In this document: one piece after another, positions 19,732 to 29,346 of the stretch
How the letters are laid out: each line of letters starts with the position of its first letter
How positions within the stretch are numbered: the first letter of the stretch is position 1
DNA from: Candidatus Latescibacterota bacterium
GTDB taxonomy: Bacteria; Latescibacterota; UBA2968; UBA8231
Direction of reading: 5' to 3'
Length of the DNA stretch: 64,000 nt
NCBI GenBank assembly: GCA_964291625.2
Contig: OZ220089.1
Coordinates: forward strand, 1,984,001 to 2,048,000
The notes under the pieces: model-generated
The model's database searches: none
Seen by the model: only the letters and a program-made list of their open reading frames with translations
Told to the model about the DNA's origin: nothing
Program-made: the position numbers and the translations under genes

Positions 19732-20118
19732 ATGGGCGCGACCTATGTCGACGTGACCGTCCGCAACCCGGCAGACCCGCACCGCAGCTGGACCGGGAAG
19801 TTCCTGGTGGATACGGGCGCCTTCGACTCGCTCGTTCCGAGGGAGCATCTCGAAGGCATCGGACTCGAACCGAGGGGCAGCCGCGAGTACGTGCTCGCCG
19901 ACGGAAAGCCCATCACCCTGGAGATAACCATCGCCGAGATCGAGTTCGAGGGAGAGGTCGTCGGCGGCACCATCGTGTACGGAGAAGAGGGGAGCGAGCC
20001 GCTGCTCGGCGTCACCGCCCTGGAATCAGGTGGGTTCGAGGTCGATCCGCGCAACGAAAGGTTGAAGCGCCTGCCGGCCGTACTGCTGAAACCCATCCAC
20101 CGAAAGAGACTCTCATGA
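19732..20118 (+). CDS. Clan AA (retropepsin-like) aspartic protease, AF_0612-like
   Basis: FLVDTGA catalytic motif, LADG flap, EPLLGVTALE, VDP...LKRLP. Confidence 0.88.
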   Translation: MGATYVDVTVRNPADPHRSWTGKFLVDTGAFDSLVPREHLEGIGLEPRGSREYVLADGKPITLEITIAEIEFEGEVVGGTIVYGEEGSEPLLGVTALESGGFEVDPRNERLKRLPAVLLKPIHRKRLS

Positions 20119-21029
20119 CCGGGCCTGAGCGACCCAAGTCCTTCCACTCCCTGGTCCCGTGGATCCCGCTGGCCGCCCTGCTGCTGGCGGCGGCCCCCGG
20201 CCAACTGCACGCCGGCGCCTGGACCCAGCCCAAGGGCGGGTTCTACTCCAAGCTGGCCGGCCTCTCCTTCAGCTCCGTCGCCTACCTGGATCTCGACGGC
20301 GAGCGCCGGGACCGGGCGAAGGACCCCCAGGAGAAGCTGAGCGACCGGGGCGGATCCGCCTACCTGGAGTACGGCCTGCTGGACCACCTTACCCTGGTGG
20401 CCTCCCTGCCGTACAAGAGCCTGGAGTTCAGGAATCCGACAGAGGCCAGGTACTTCGCGGCCCTCGACAGCACCATCCTCCGCCAGCATCCCGACCAGTC
20501 CAGCTCCGGTCTCGCCGACCTGGAGCTGCGCCTGCGCTGGCGGCTGCTGGCCGACCCGGCCGTCGTCTCGCTGGCGGCGGGCGGCAAGATCCCCCTGGGC
20601 TACGAGGTGCCCACGGAAATCCCGGAGAGCTACGTCCCCCTGGGCACGGGCGAGACCGACGCCGAGGTGCGCCTGCTGGTGGGCACATCGCTCTACCCGG
20701 TGCCGGGGTACGTGACCGGCACCCTCGGCTACCGCCGCCGCGGCGGGGAGTACGGCGACGAGCTGTTCCACGGCCTGGAGGGCGGCTACTCCTTCAACCG
20801 TCTGCTGGTCAAAGGCGTGATCGAGGGCATCCAGACCCTGGGGGACTGCGGGGCCACCGGCGAGGGCGGCGGGCTCGTGGGCGACCAGAACAACCTCAAG
20901 CTGTCTCCGGGGCTGATCTGGTCCCTCAGCGACCGGGTGGAGATCAGCGCCGATCTCTTCCACATCGTCTCGGGCTGCAACACGGCGGCGGGCACGACCT
21001 ATGCCCTGGGGCTGGCCTTCAAGGGCTAG
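20115..21029 (+). CDS. Putative outer-membrane beta-barrel protein
   Basis: Signal peptide, AWTQPKGGFYSK, YLEYGL, GLADLEL, PLGTGETD, terminal strand YALGLAFK. Confidence 0.7.
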   Translation: MTGPERPKSFHSLVPWIPLAALLLAAAPGQLHAGAWTQPKGGFYSKLAGLSFSSVAYLDLDGERRDRAKDPQEKLSDRGGSAYLEYGLLDHLTLVASLPYKSLEFRNPTEARYFAALDSTILRQHPDQSSSGLADLELRLRWRLLADPAVVSLAAGGKIPLGYEVPTEIPESYVPLGTGETDAEVRLLVGTSLYPVPGYVTGTLGYRRRGGEYGDELFHGLEGGYSFNRLLVKGVIEGIQTLGDCGATGEGGGLVGDQNNLKLSPGLIWSLSDRVEISADLFHIVSGCNTAAGTTYALGLAFKG

Positions 21030-21089
21030 GCGCCGCGACGCGGGCAGACGAGTATATTCTCTCTGCCACTTTGGGAAAGGAGGCCGTCA

Positions 21090-22082
21090 ATGCCGCGCAG
21101 GAAATGGGAGATCCCCGAGCGGGAGGCCACCGACGAGGCCGCCTATCTGAACCGCCGCAAGTTCCTCCGCGGCGCCGGCCTGGGCACCATCGGCCTGATC
21201 TCGGGCTGCATCCCCGACCGGCTCCTGCAGCCCACCGACCTCCTCGATCCCAGGCCCTTCCTGGGGATCGAGGACCGCGAGCCGATCCCCCCGGACCAGT
21301 GGTACCCGGCACCGGTGAACCCGGACTTCGCCACCCTCGACCGGCCCCTCACCGACGAGGAGATCGCCGGTCTCTACAACAACTTCTACGAGTTCACCAC
21401 CACCAAGCAGGTCTGGAAGTACATCGACAAGTTCGAGTCTTCCCCGTGGACGGTGGAGATCGCCGGCCTGGTGAACGAGCCCAGGACCTGGGACATCGAC
21501 GACCTCGTGGGCCGCATGGACCTGGAGGAGCGTCTCTACCGCCACCGCTGCGTCGAGGCGTGGTCCATGGCCATCCCCTGGACCGGCTTTCCCATGAAGG
21601 CCCTGATCGACCTGGTGCAGCCCCTGTCGTCGGCCCGCTTCGTGCGCATGACCTCCTTCTTCAACCCCTCGGTCGCGCCGGGGCAGTGGGACCGGCCCGA
21701 TTTCCCCTGGCCCTACGTGGAGGGTCTGAGCATGGCCGAGGCGACCAATGAGCTGACCCTGCTGGTGACGGGCATCTACGGCCACGCCCTGCCCACCCAG
21801 CACGGCGCCCCGCTGCGCCTGGTGACGCCCTGGAAGTACGGCTTCAAGGGCCTCAAGTCGATCGTCCGGATCGAGTTCGTCGAGGAACAGCCGGCCACCT
21901 TCTGGAACACCGAGGCGCCCCACGAGTACGGCTTCCTCTCCAACGTCGAGCCCGAGGTCCCCCATCCCCGGTGGTCCCAGGCCAGCGAGCGCTTCATCTC
22001 CACGAGCCTGTCGAGCTTCGAGCGGCGCGACACCCTGCTCTACAACGGCTACGAGGAGTACGTCGCCCACCTGTACGCGTGA
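21090..22082 (+). CDS. msrP: Protein-methionine-sulfoxide reductase catalytic subunit (Mo cofactor, Tat-exported)
   Basis: NRRKFL Tat motif, YNNFYEF, RHRCVEAWS, HGAPLRLVTPWKYGFK, HPRWSQASER, YNGY. Confidence 0.95.
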   Translation: MPRRKWEIPEREATDEAAYLNRRKFLRGAGLGTIGLISGCIPDRLLQPTDLLDPRPFLGIEDREPIPPDQWYPAPVNPDFATLDRPLTDEEIAGLYNNFYEFTTTKQVWKYIDKFESSPWTVEIAGLVNEPRTWDIDDLVGRMDLEERLYRHRCVEAWSMAIPWTGFPMKALIDLVQPLSSARFVRMTSFFNPSVAPGQWDRPDFPWPYVEGLSMAEATNELTLLVTGIYGHALPTQHGAPLRLVTPWKYGFKGLKSIVRIEFVEEQPATFWNTEAPHEYGFLSNVEPEVPHPRWSQASERFISTSLSSFERRDTLLYNGYEEYVAHLYA

Positions 22083-22099
22083 CCTTCGAAGGAGACTGC

Positions 22100-22738
22100 A
22101 TGCGCCGGCTGCTGGCCTCTCTCCTCCCCCTCTTCCTGCTCCTGCCTCCCCTGTCGGCCGAGGAGGACCTCCACGGCACCTGGGAGGGGGCCTTCGTCGA
22201 CGACCGCGTCGGCGAGATCACCACCCGCCTGATCTTCGACGACGACGGCAGCTTCGAGATCGACCAGGTCATCGAGGTGAAGAACGACTTCCTGGCCGGC
22301 GTCGATCTCGCCGCCGCGCCGGCGATCGGCCAGATCACGGCAAGCGGCAGCGGCACCTACGAAGTCGAGGATGACCGGCTCTCGGTGGAGATCGTCGACC
22401 TGGACCTGCGCGTCGACGGCGAGGATCTCACCGGGTTCTTCACCCGCCTCGCCCGCGATCTGGCCCGCCAGGCGGCGGACTCCCACGGCGTCCCCGACGA
22501 CAACTACCCGGGCTTCGAGGAGGCCTACGTGGAGGAGTTCCTCGTCGTCCTCGACGATGTCGAGTTCCTCGCCGTCTTCGGCGAGCAAGGGGGGACCCGC
22601 ACCTGGTCGATCGACAACCACCTCCTCACCCTGACGGCCGATGCCGACGGCGGCGCGTGGGAGTTCGACCGCCTCGACGGTGCCATGACCGCCGTCGCCC
22701 GGGCCACCTGGGGCGCCGTGAAAGCCGCCGGCGGCTGA
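22100..22738 (+). CDS. Secreted acidic protein with C-terminal TWGAVKA tail
   Basis: RBS AAGGAG, signal MRRLLASLLPLFLLLPPLSA, LHGTWEG lipocalin-like start, tail TAVARATWGAVKAAGG*. Confidence 0.8.
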   Translation: MRRLLASLLPLFLLLPPLSAEEDLHGTWEGAFVDDRVGEITTRLIFDDDGSFEIDQVIEVKNDFLAGVDLAAAPAIGQITASGSGTYEVEDDRLSVEIVDLDLRVDGEDLTGFFTRLARDLARQAADSHGVPDDNYPGFEEAYVEEFLVVLDDVEFLAVFGEQGGTRTWSIDNHLLTLTADADGGAWEFDRLDGAMTAVARATWGAVKAAGG

Positions 22739-22807
22739 GTCTCCGTCAATCCGCCGGCCGCGGCCCCTCCGGCCCTCGGCTGGCTGCCAGCGTTGTGCCG
22801 AGGGGAG

Positions 22808-24106
22808 ATGGAGATCGAGGTGAGCAAGACGATCGACGAGCTGCAGCATGAGATCCGGCTCATGAAGGCCATCTTCGACAGCATCAGCGACGGCGTCATC
22901 GTCGCCGACGAGAGCGGCGGCCTCACCTTCAATCCCAGTGCCCGGCGCATCATCGGCACGACTGTGGAAGCGGTCCCCGACCGCTGGACGGAGGAGTACA
23001 GCATCTTCTGCTCCGACAAGGTCACCCCCTTCCCGACGGACGAGCTGCCCCTCGTGCGCGCCCTGCGCGGCGAGGCGACGGACGAGGTGGAGATGTTGAT
23101 CCGCACCGCCGCCAAGCCGGAGGGTGTCCATATCAGCTCCAGCGGCAGGCCCATCACGTTGCCGGGCGGCACACGAGGCGGGGTCACCGTCTTCCGCGAC
23201 GTGACGGAGAGAGTGCAGGCCGAGGAGGCCCGGGCCCAGGCCTTCGCCCAGGGGCGCCTGGAGGTCATGGACACCATCCTTCACAACATCGGGAACGCCG
23301 TCAACAGCGCCGCCATCGCTATCGGGACCCTGCAGGAACAATTGCGCAACGATCCGCTCATCGAGCGCCTCTCGGCCCTGGCCGAGGCCGCCGGAGCGCA
23401 CCCGGAGGACTGGGCCGACTACGTCCGCCAGGACCCGCAAGGCCGGCAGGTCCGGCCCTTCCTGATGGCCCTCGCCGAGGACTTCGTCGACCAGAACCGC
23501 CAGTTGCGGCAGACGGTGGAGCGGGTAAGCAGCCAGACGAGCCACATCGTGGACATCGTCCGCGCTCAGCGGGGCTTCGACAGCAACGCCATGACCTGCA
23601 AGGACGTCAATCTGCGTCAGGCCATCGCCGCCGCCGTGAGGATCTTCCAGGAGTCGTTGGCCGCCAGGGGGATCCGGACGCACGTGGACTGCGGCAACGC
23701 CCCCGAGGAGATCCGCATCCCGGAGACTCAGTTCAACCAGATGCTGGTCAACCTGCTCAAGAATGCGATGGAAGCGATCGATGAGCTCCAGCAGGCCGGC
23801 GGCCTCGGCGGCCCTCCCCGCATAGAGGTCAGGGCCCGAGTCCGGGGGGATCTCCTGGCCCTTGACGTGGAGGACAACGGCATCGGAATCGCGGCGGAAG
23901 AACTCGAGGCGATCTTCAGGCCCGGGTATACGACCAAGCGGGAAGGGACGGGGCTGGGCCTTCACTCGGCGGCCAACTTCATCACCGGCTCCGGGGGGAA
24001 GATCCAACCGTCGAGCGGCGGCCATGGGGCAGGCACCACCATGCGCGTCACGCTGCCCATCCCTCCCTCTCCCACGAATCGAGGCGGGCAAGATGACGGT
24101 GGATGA
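22808..24106 (+). CDS. Cytoplasmic PAS-domain sensor histidine kinase
   Basis: PAS ([13 protein letters not shown]...FNPSA), H-box ILHNIGN, N-box NLLKNA, DNGIGI, GYTTK, GTGLGL. No TM segment. Confidence 0.92.
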   Translation: MEIEVSKTIDELQHEIRLMKAIFDSISDGVIVADESGGLTFNPSARRIIGTTVEAVPDRWTEEYSIFCSDKVTPFPTDELPLVRALRGEATDEVEMLIRTAAKPEGVHISSSGRPITLPGGTRGGVTVFRDVTERVQAEEARAQAFAQGRLEVMDTILHNIGNAVNSAAIAIGTLQEQLRNDPLIERLSALAEAAGAHPEDWADYVRQDPQGRQVRPFLMALAEDFVDQNRQLRQTVERVSSQTSHIVDIVRAQRGFDSNAMTCKDVNLRQAIAAAVRIFQESLAARGIRTHVDCGNAPEEIRIPETQFNQMLVNLLKNAMEAIDELQQAGGLGGPPRIEVRARVRGDLLALDVEDNGIGIAAEELEAIFRPGYTTKREGTGLGLHSAANFITGSGGKIQPSSGGHGAGTTMRVTLPIPPSPTNRGGQDDGG

Positions 24107-26012
24107 TGCCTGGAACGGCCGCGTCCTGATCGTCGATGACCAGGAAGCCATTCACAAGGACTTCGAGGAGATGCTGGCTCCGGGCAGACCCGCCCGGGCC
24201 ACCGATGCGCTGGCGGGTGCCTTTGTCCCGGAGGCCGACAGAGCCTTCCTGCCGCGCATTGAGCTTTCCCATGCCACGAGCGGGGAGCAGGCCTGCGGGT
24301 TGATCGAGGAGGCACGGGAGTCGGGGCGCCCCTTTGCCCTGGCGTACATAGACGTCCGAATGCCTCCCGGTACCGATGGCATCGAGACGGTACGCCGGAT
24401 ACGGGAGTTCGAGCGGCAGATCGAGGTCGTGATCATGACCGCCTACTCCGACAAGACGCTGCCCGACATCGTCGAGGACATGGAAGCGGTCCACAAGCTG
24501 CTCTACATCCGAAAGCCCTTCTCCCGGGAGGAGATCCAGCAGCTCACCCTCTCTCTCGTCGGCAAGTGGAACGTCGAGCAGGAGCTGGTCAGGCACCAGC
24601 GGGACCTGGAGACCAGCAACCGCCGCCTGGAAGCCGGCAACGAGAGGCTGCGCGCCGTCCTCGACGCCACGGGAGATGCCATCGGCATGTTCGACGCCGA
24701 GGGGCGCCTGCGTCTTGCGAATCAGGGGTACGAGGAGCTGCTGGACGCCACCGAGGACGAGCTGAGGCAGATGTCCCCGGAAGACCTGGCAGCCCGCATC
24801 GAGGCCCGCCTCCGGCCGCCCCTCCTGCCCGAACCGGGACGCAGCCTGTTCCTCGAAGACGCCGCCAACCTCGCCGAAGAGGTCATCGATGCCGGGGATG
24901 ACAACCCGCGTCTGTTCCACCGGTCCACGGCGCCCGTCCGTGACCATCATCAGGATCTCATGGGCCATATCACCGTGTACCGCGATGTCTCCAAGGAGGT
25001 GGAGAGCGAGCAGATGAAGGCCGAGGTCCTGCGCCTGCGCAGCGAGCTCCGGACGACCTGCGGATTCGACGGCATCGTCGGCAGGAGCAAGAGCATGCAG
25101 GAGGTCTATGCCCTGATGGAGCGGGCGGCCGAGAGCGACATCACGGTCCTCGTCGAGGGCGAGAGCGGCACCGGCAAGGAGCTCGTGGCCCGGCTGATTC
25201 ACCTCAACGGCCCGAGAGGGGCGGGACCCTTCGTGGCCGTCAATTGCGCCGCCATTCCCGAAACCCTCATAGAGAGCGAACTCTTCGGGCACGAGCGCGG
25301 CGCCTTCACGGGAGCGGCGGCGCGGCGCATCGGGCAGTTCGAGCGGGCCCAGGGCGGGACCATCCTGCTCGACGAGATCGGCGACATGCCCCTCCCCCTT
25401 CAGGCCAACCTTCTGCGTGTCCTGGAGGAGCGCGAGATCCGCCGGGTTGGCGGAGCCGACCCGATCCCGATCGACATCCGCGTCATCGCGGCCACCAACA
25501 GGGATCTGGAAGCCGCCGCCAGGGACGGCGCCTTCCGCGCCGACCTCTACTACCGCCTGGCGGCCTTTCCCCTCACCCTCCCACCCCTCCGCGACCATCG
25601 CGAGGACATCCCCATGCTGGCGGCCCACTTCCTGCAAGAGCATGCCGAGAAGGCCGACAAGACTCTGCGCGGCTTTTCACCCGCCGCCCTTCAGGGACTG
25701 CTCGCCCACGACTGGCCGGGGAACGTGCGCGAGCTCCGCAACGCCATCGAGCGCGCCGTCCTGCTGGAGCCCTCGGACCGGCTGCAGCTCGCCAGCTTCC
25801 CACCCCGGCTCTCGGCCGCGGCACCATCTCCGGGCGATCCTGGGGAGCCTGTCGAACGGATCCTCTCGTTCCAGGAAGCCGAGCGGCAGGCCCTGGTCCG
25901 GGCCTTCGAGGCCTCGGACCGGAACATCTCCAGGGCCGCCCAGGTGCTGGATGTCAATCGCACGACCCTGTACCGCAAGTTGAGGAAGTACGGCCTTCTG
26001 GAAGAGAAGTGA
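24093..26012 (+). CDS. Sigma-54-dependent response regulator (REC-PAS-AAA+-Fis HTH)
   Basis: [54 protein letters not shown]. Confidence 0.95.
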   Translation: MTVDDAWNGRVLIVDDQEAIHKDFEEMLAPGRPARATDALAGAFVPEADRAFLPRIELSHATSGEQACGLIEEARESGRPFALAYIDVRMPPGTDGIETVRRIREFERQIEVVIMTAYSDKTLPDIVEDMEAVHKLLYIRKPFSREEIQQLTLSLVGKWNVEQELVRHQRDLETSNRRLEAGNERLRAVLDATGDAIGMFDAEGRLRLANQGYEELLDATEDELRQMSPEDLAARIEARLRPPLLPEPGRSLFLEDAANLAEEVIDAGDDNPRLFHRSTAPVRDHHQDLMGHITVYRDVSKEVESEQMKAEVLRLRSELRTTCGFDGIVGRSKSMQEVYALMERAAESDITVLVEGESGTGKELVARLIHLNGPRGAGPFVAVNCAAIPETLIESELFGHERGAFTGAAARRIGQFERAQGGTILLDEIGDMPLPLQANLLRVLEEREIRRVGGADPIPIDIRVIAATNRDLEAAARDGAFRADLYYRLAAFPLTLPPLRDHREDIPMLAAHFLQEHAEKADKTLRGFSPAALQGLLAHDWPGNVRELRNAIERAVLLEPSDRLQLASFPPRLSAAAPSPGDPGEPVERILSFQEAERQALVRAFEASDRNISRAAQVLDVNRTTLYRKLRKYGLLEEK

Positions 26013-26030
26013 CGGGGCGTCGTCGGCGCC

Positions 26031-26068
26031 GCTGCTGCAGAACGCCACACTGGTGTAGATCGAACACC
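26031..26068 (+). promoter_or_regulatory. Candidate upstream activator sequences for the sigma-54 regulator
   Basis: Palindrome GGTGT-agatcga-ACACC (26052-26068) and adjacent TGCTGCAGAACGCCACA, about 200 bp upstream of the -24/-12 box. Confidence 0.45.
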
Positions 26069-26254
26069 TCTTCCCCGGGCTGCCCGCACCACCCGCAAGT
26101 GGCCTGATTCCATGGGGATAGCTCCCTCACCGGGATTCCCCTCCGACGGCTGGGCCGATGCGTTCCGCATCCTTCGCCCGGGGGCCGCCCGCCTCCCGTC
26201 GATCCACCCGACATCCTTGAGACACAAGGACTTATCACTCTCTTCCGGGACCCC

Positions 26255-26269
26255 TGGCACGGTTTGTGC
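26255..26269 (+). promoter_or_regulatory. Sigma-54 (-24/-12) promoter
   Basis: TGGCACGGTTTGTGC matches TGGCACG-N4-TTGC with exact GG-N10-GC spacing, upstream of RBS AAGGAGGT and ATG 26335. Confidence 0.75.
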
Positions 26270-26334
26270 CCAGGTACCTGGCGCGCGAGAAAGCGCTCCC
26301 TGGCCGAATCCAGGAGAACGGAAGGAGGTGGATC

Positions 26335-29300
26335 ATGGAGAGCCTGCTCTTCGGCAACCCCGACGCGGCGGTGGGGTCGGACCCCGCGCGGGCATGGCTG
26401 ACCAACCGGACAGGTCCGATCACTGGTTCGGACCAGCAGAGAGGGGTTGGGACAGACGACGGCGGAGGGACCTCGCAGCCGCGGGCGACAGGCCATCGCC
26501 GCCCCAGGGGGTTGGACTTCCGGCGCCGGGCTCGACTATGGCAACGGCAAGACCATGTGCCTGCGGTGTTTGTGGCCGTGGCCGCCGCCCTTGCCATCGC
26601 CGCGGCTGCCCCCGCTCAGGAGTATGACCCGCCGATCAGAACGCTGGTGAAGAATGCCGACGCCCCGTCAGAGAGGGTCGTACTGCTGAATGCGAATCAG
26701 GACGGACTGAATCAGGCATTCAGAACCGGCCCCAACACCGGGGGGTATGAACTGACAAGCATTGTGCTGCATGTGCACGATACGCACGAGAGCCGGTACA
26801 TGACGCTGGACGCGGGCATCTATCTCTGGGATGAGTCCGGCTTCACCCCCGTCGCCGAGCTCACCGGAGGCCGGTTGAACGACTATGCGGCCAATGAGTG
26901 GCGGGCACCTGCGAACACCTATCTCGAGCCGGACACGGAGTACTACTTCCTGCTCGATTGCACGGCGGGTTGCGCAAATGACAACATGGCCCAGTTCCTC
27001 ACGACCTACAGCGGGGAGGAGGACCCCGGGGCCGAAGAAGGATGGGATATCCACGATCATCTCGGCTTTCGGACCGCGGGCGATCCCTCCTGGAAATGGG
27101 ACGCTCGCTTGATTCTCAGGATAGAGGTCAAGGGACGTCCCAGTTACCACCGTGCCTACAGGACGGAGATCGCATCGACGCCGGCCAGCGGCGACACCTA
27201 TCTGGTAGGTGAGAACATCGATATCGCCCTGACGTTCAACACGCCCGTGTACGTGCCCGAGGGCCAATCGCGCTCGTCCATTGGCATTCAGGTCGGCAAT
27301 GTCGCCCGCCAGGCAGCCTACCTCTCCGGCACCTTCACGACTCGGTTGATCTACCGCTATGAGGTGAGGCTGGACGATGTCGACGCAAACGGCATCAGCG
27401 TCGACGAGGGCGGACCGGATACCGGATTCGTCGGGTTCGTGCCCACCCTGGTCGCCAGTCTGGGCTTGTGGCCCGTGGATCGCTATTACCCCGGCGTGGC
27501 CGACGACCCTGGTCACAAGGTGGACGGGTCGGTCAACTGCACCGTCCTGGAGGACGGGTCGGTCCACTGCGTCCCCGGATCGACGGCCAGGCTGTCGGTG
27601 GCCGATGCGCGGACGACGGAGGGGGCGGACGCCACGCTCGAGTTCGCGGTGACCCTGGACCGGGCGTCCTCGCAGACGGTGACGGTGGATTATGCCACTG
27701 CGGACGGCTCGGCACAGGCGGGCCAGGACTACACGGCGGCGACCGGAACGCTGACCTTCGCACCCGGTGAGACGGAGAAGACGGTTTCGGTGGGAGTTCT
27801 CGACGACGCCCATGACGAGGGGGAGGAGACCCTGACGCTGACCCTGAGCAACGCCTCGGGGGCGCGCATCGCCGACGACGTGGGGACCGGGACGATCGAG
27901 AACGCCGATCCATTGCAGCGGGCCTGGCTGGCGCGCTTCGGACGCACCGCCGCCCAGCGCATCCTCGACGGCGTGCAGGCCCGTCTTGAGGCGCCCCGGG
28001 AAGCGGGGGTGAGGGCCACGTTTGCGGGCCACTCCCTCGGCGGCCCGGGCGAGGAAGCCGCGTTCAGAGCCGGGGGCGCCGGCATGGCGGCCCGGGATCG
28101 CTTCGCAGCGGTTCCCGGCCGGTTCTCCCCCGCTGCGGCCGAGGGGCGGGTGCGGCCACGCCAGCCGGCGCTGCGCGACTTGGCCACGGGAAGCGGCTTC
28201 ACACTGAGCGGGCCGACCGGCGGCGGCCTGGGCACTCTCTGGGGTCGCGGCTCCTACTCGGCCTTCCGCGGGAGCGCCGAGGCCCTGGCCCTCGACGGCG
28301 GGGTGGCCACCGGGATGGTCGGCGCCGATTACGCCATTGGCGGCTGGGTCCTGGGACTGCCCCTGGCGGTCAGTCTGGGCGACGGCCACTGGCAATCACC
28401 GGGCCGCGAAGGCCGCATGGCCTCGTCGCTGTCCGGGCTCTATCCCTACGCCGGCTATCGTCTCAGCCAGCGTCTGTCCCTCTGGGGCACCGCCGGCTAC
28501 GGCCAGGGCGACCTGACGCTGACCATGAAGGACGGGGAGTCCTACCGCACCGGCCTGGACCTGAGGATGGCTGCCGCCGGTCTGCGGGGCGACCTGTTGT
28601 CGGTGGGTCCAGAGGGAGGACCCTCCCTGGCGGTCGAGTCGGACGCGTTGTTCCTGCGCACGGCCTCCGATGCGGCGTCGGGACCGTCGGGCCTCCTGGC
28701 GGCAGCGGCGGCGGACGTGAGCCGCCTGCGCATCGGCCTCGAGGGATCCCTGGAGCTGGCCCTGGACGGCGGCCAGTCCTTGAGGCCGGCCGTCGAGCTG
28801 GGTCTGCGCCATGACGGCGGCGACGCCGAGACCGGCCTCGGGCTTGAGATCGGAGGCGGTTCGGGATTCACCGACGCGGCGCGGGGCCTGACGGCCCGGG
28901 TGGCGGTGCGGGGCCTGGTGGCCCACCAGACATCCGGCTTCCGCGACTGGGGGATCTCGGGGTTCCTGCGGTTCGACCCGAGACCATCGTCGGACCTCGG
29001 CCCGTCGGTGGCCCTGACGCCGTCCTGGGGGGCGCCGTCCACGGGCGGCGTGGAGGCGCTCTTCCGGCGCGAGACCCTGTCGGGGCTCGCCGTGACCGAA
29101 TCGGCTTCGCCCGGCGGGCGTCTCGACGCGGAGACCGCGTACGGGTTCGCGGTCCTCGACGGCCGGGCCACGGGGACCCCCTACCTGGGGGTGGGTCGAT
29201 CAGAGGCGTTGCACGAGGTGCGTGTTGGCTGTCGCCTGGAGCGGCCCCGCCGGCAGGGGCTGGCGCTCAACCTCGAGGGGACCCGGCTCGCCAGCGGCGA

Positions 29301-29346
29301 CGCAGCCCCGGAGCACGGTGTCACGGTGCGCCTGGCTCTCCGCTGA
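26335..29346 (+). CDS. Autotransporter-like surface protein with Ig-like and Calx-beta domains
   Basis: Hydrophobic signal VFVAVAAALAIAAAAPA, Calx-beta (VTVDYATADGSAQAGQDYTAATGTLTFAPGETEKTV), AWLARFGRT linker, barrel with GLRHDGGDAETGLGLE. Confidence 0.88.
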   Translation: MESLLFGNPDAAVGSDPARAWLTNRTGPITGSDQQRGVGTDDGGGTSQPRATGHRRPRGLDFRRRARLWQRQDHVPAVFVAVAAALAIAAAAPAQEYDPPIRTLVKNADAPSERVVLLNANQDGLNQAFRTGPNTGGYELTSIVLHVHDTHESRYMTLDAGIYLWDESGFTPVAELTGGRLNDYAANEWRAPANTYLEPDTEYYFLLDCTAGCANDNMAQFLTTYSGEEDPGAEEGWDIHDHLGFRTAGDPSWKWDARLILRIEVKGRPSYHRAYRTEIASTPASGDTYLVGENIDIALTFNTPVYVPEGQSRSSIGIQVGNVARQAAYLSGTFTTRLIYRYEVRLDDVDANGISVDEGGPDTGFVGFVPTLVASLGLWPVDRYYPGVADDPGHKVDGSVNCTVLEDGSVHCVPGSTARLSVADARTTEGADATLEFAVTLDRASSQTVTVDYATADGSAQAGQDYTAATGTLTFAPGETEKTVSVGVLDDAHDEGEETLTLTLSNASGARIADDVGTGTIENADPLQRAWLARFGRTAAQRILDGVQARLEAPREAGVRATFAGHSLGGPGEEAAFRAGGAGMAARDRFAAVPGRFSPAAAEGRVRPRQPALRDLATGSGFTLSGPTGGGLGTLWGRGSYSAFRGSAEALALDGGVATGMVGADYAIGGWVLGLPLAVSLGDGHWQSPGREGRMASSLSGLYPYAGYRLSQRLSLWGTAGYGQGDLTLTMKDGESYRTGLDLRMAAAGLRGDLLSVGPEGGPSLAVESDALFLRTASDAASGPSGLLAAAAADVSRLRIGLEGSLELALDGGQSLRPAVELGLRHDGGDAETGLGLEIGGGSGFTDAARGLTARVAVRGLVAHQTSGFRDWGISGFLRFDPRPSSDLGPSVALTPSWGAPSTGGVEALFRRETLSGLAVTESASPGGRLDAETAYGFAVLDGRATGTPYLGVGRSEALHEVRVGCRLERPRRQGLALNLEGTRLASGDAAPEHGVTVRLALR

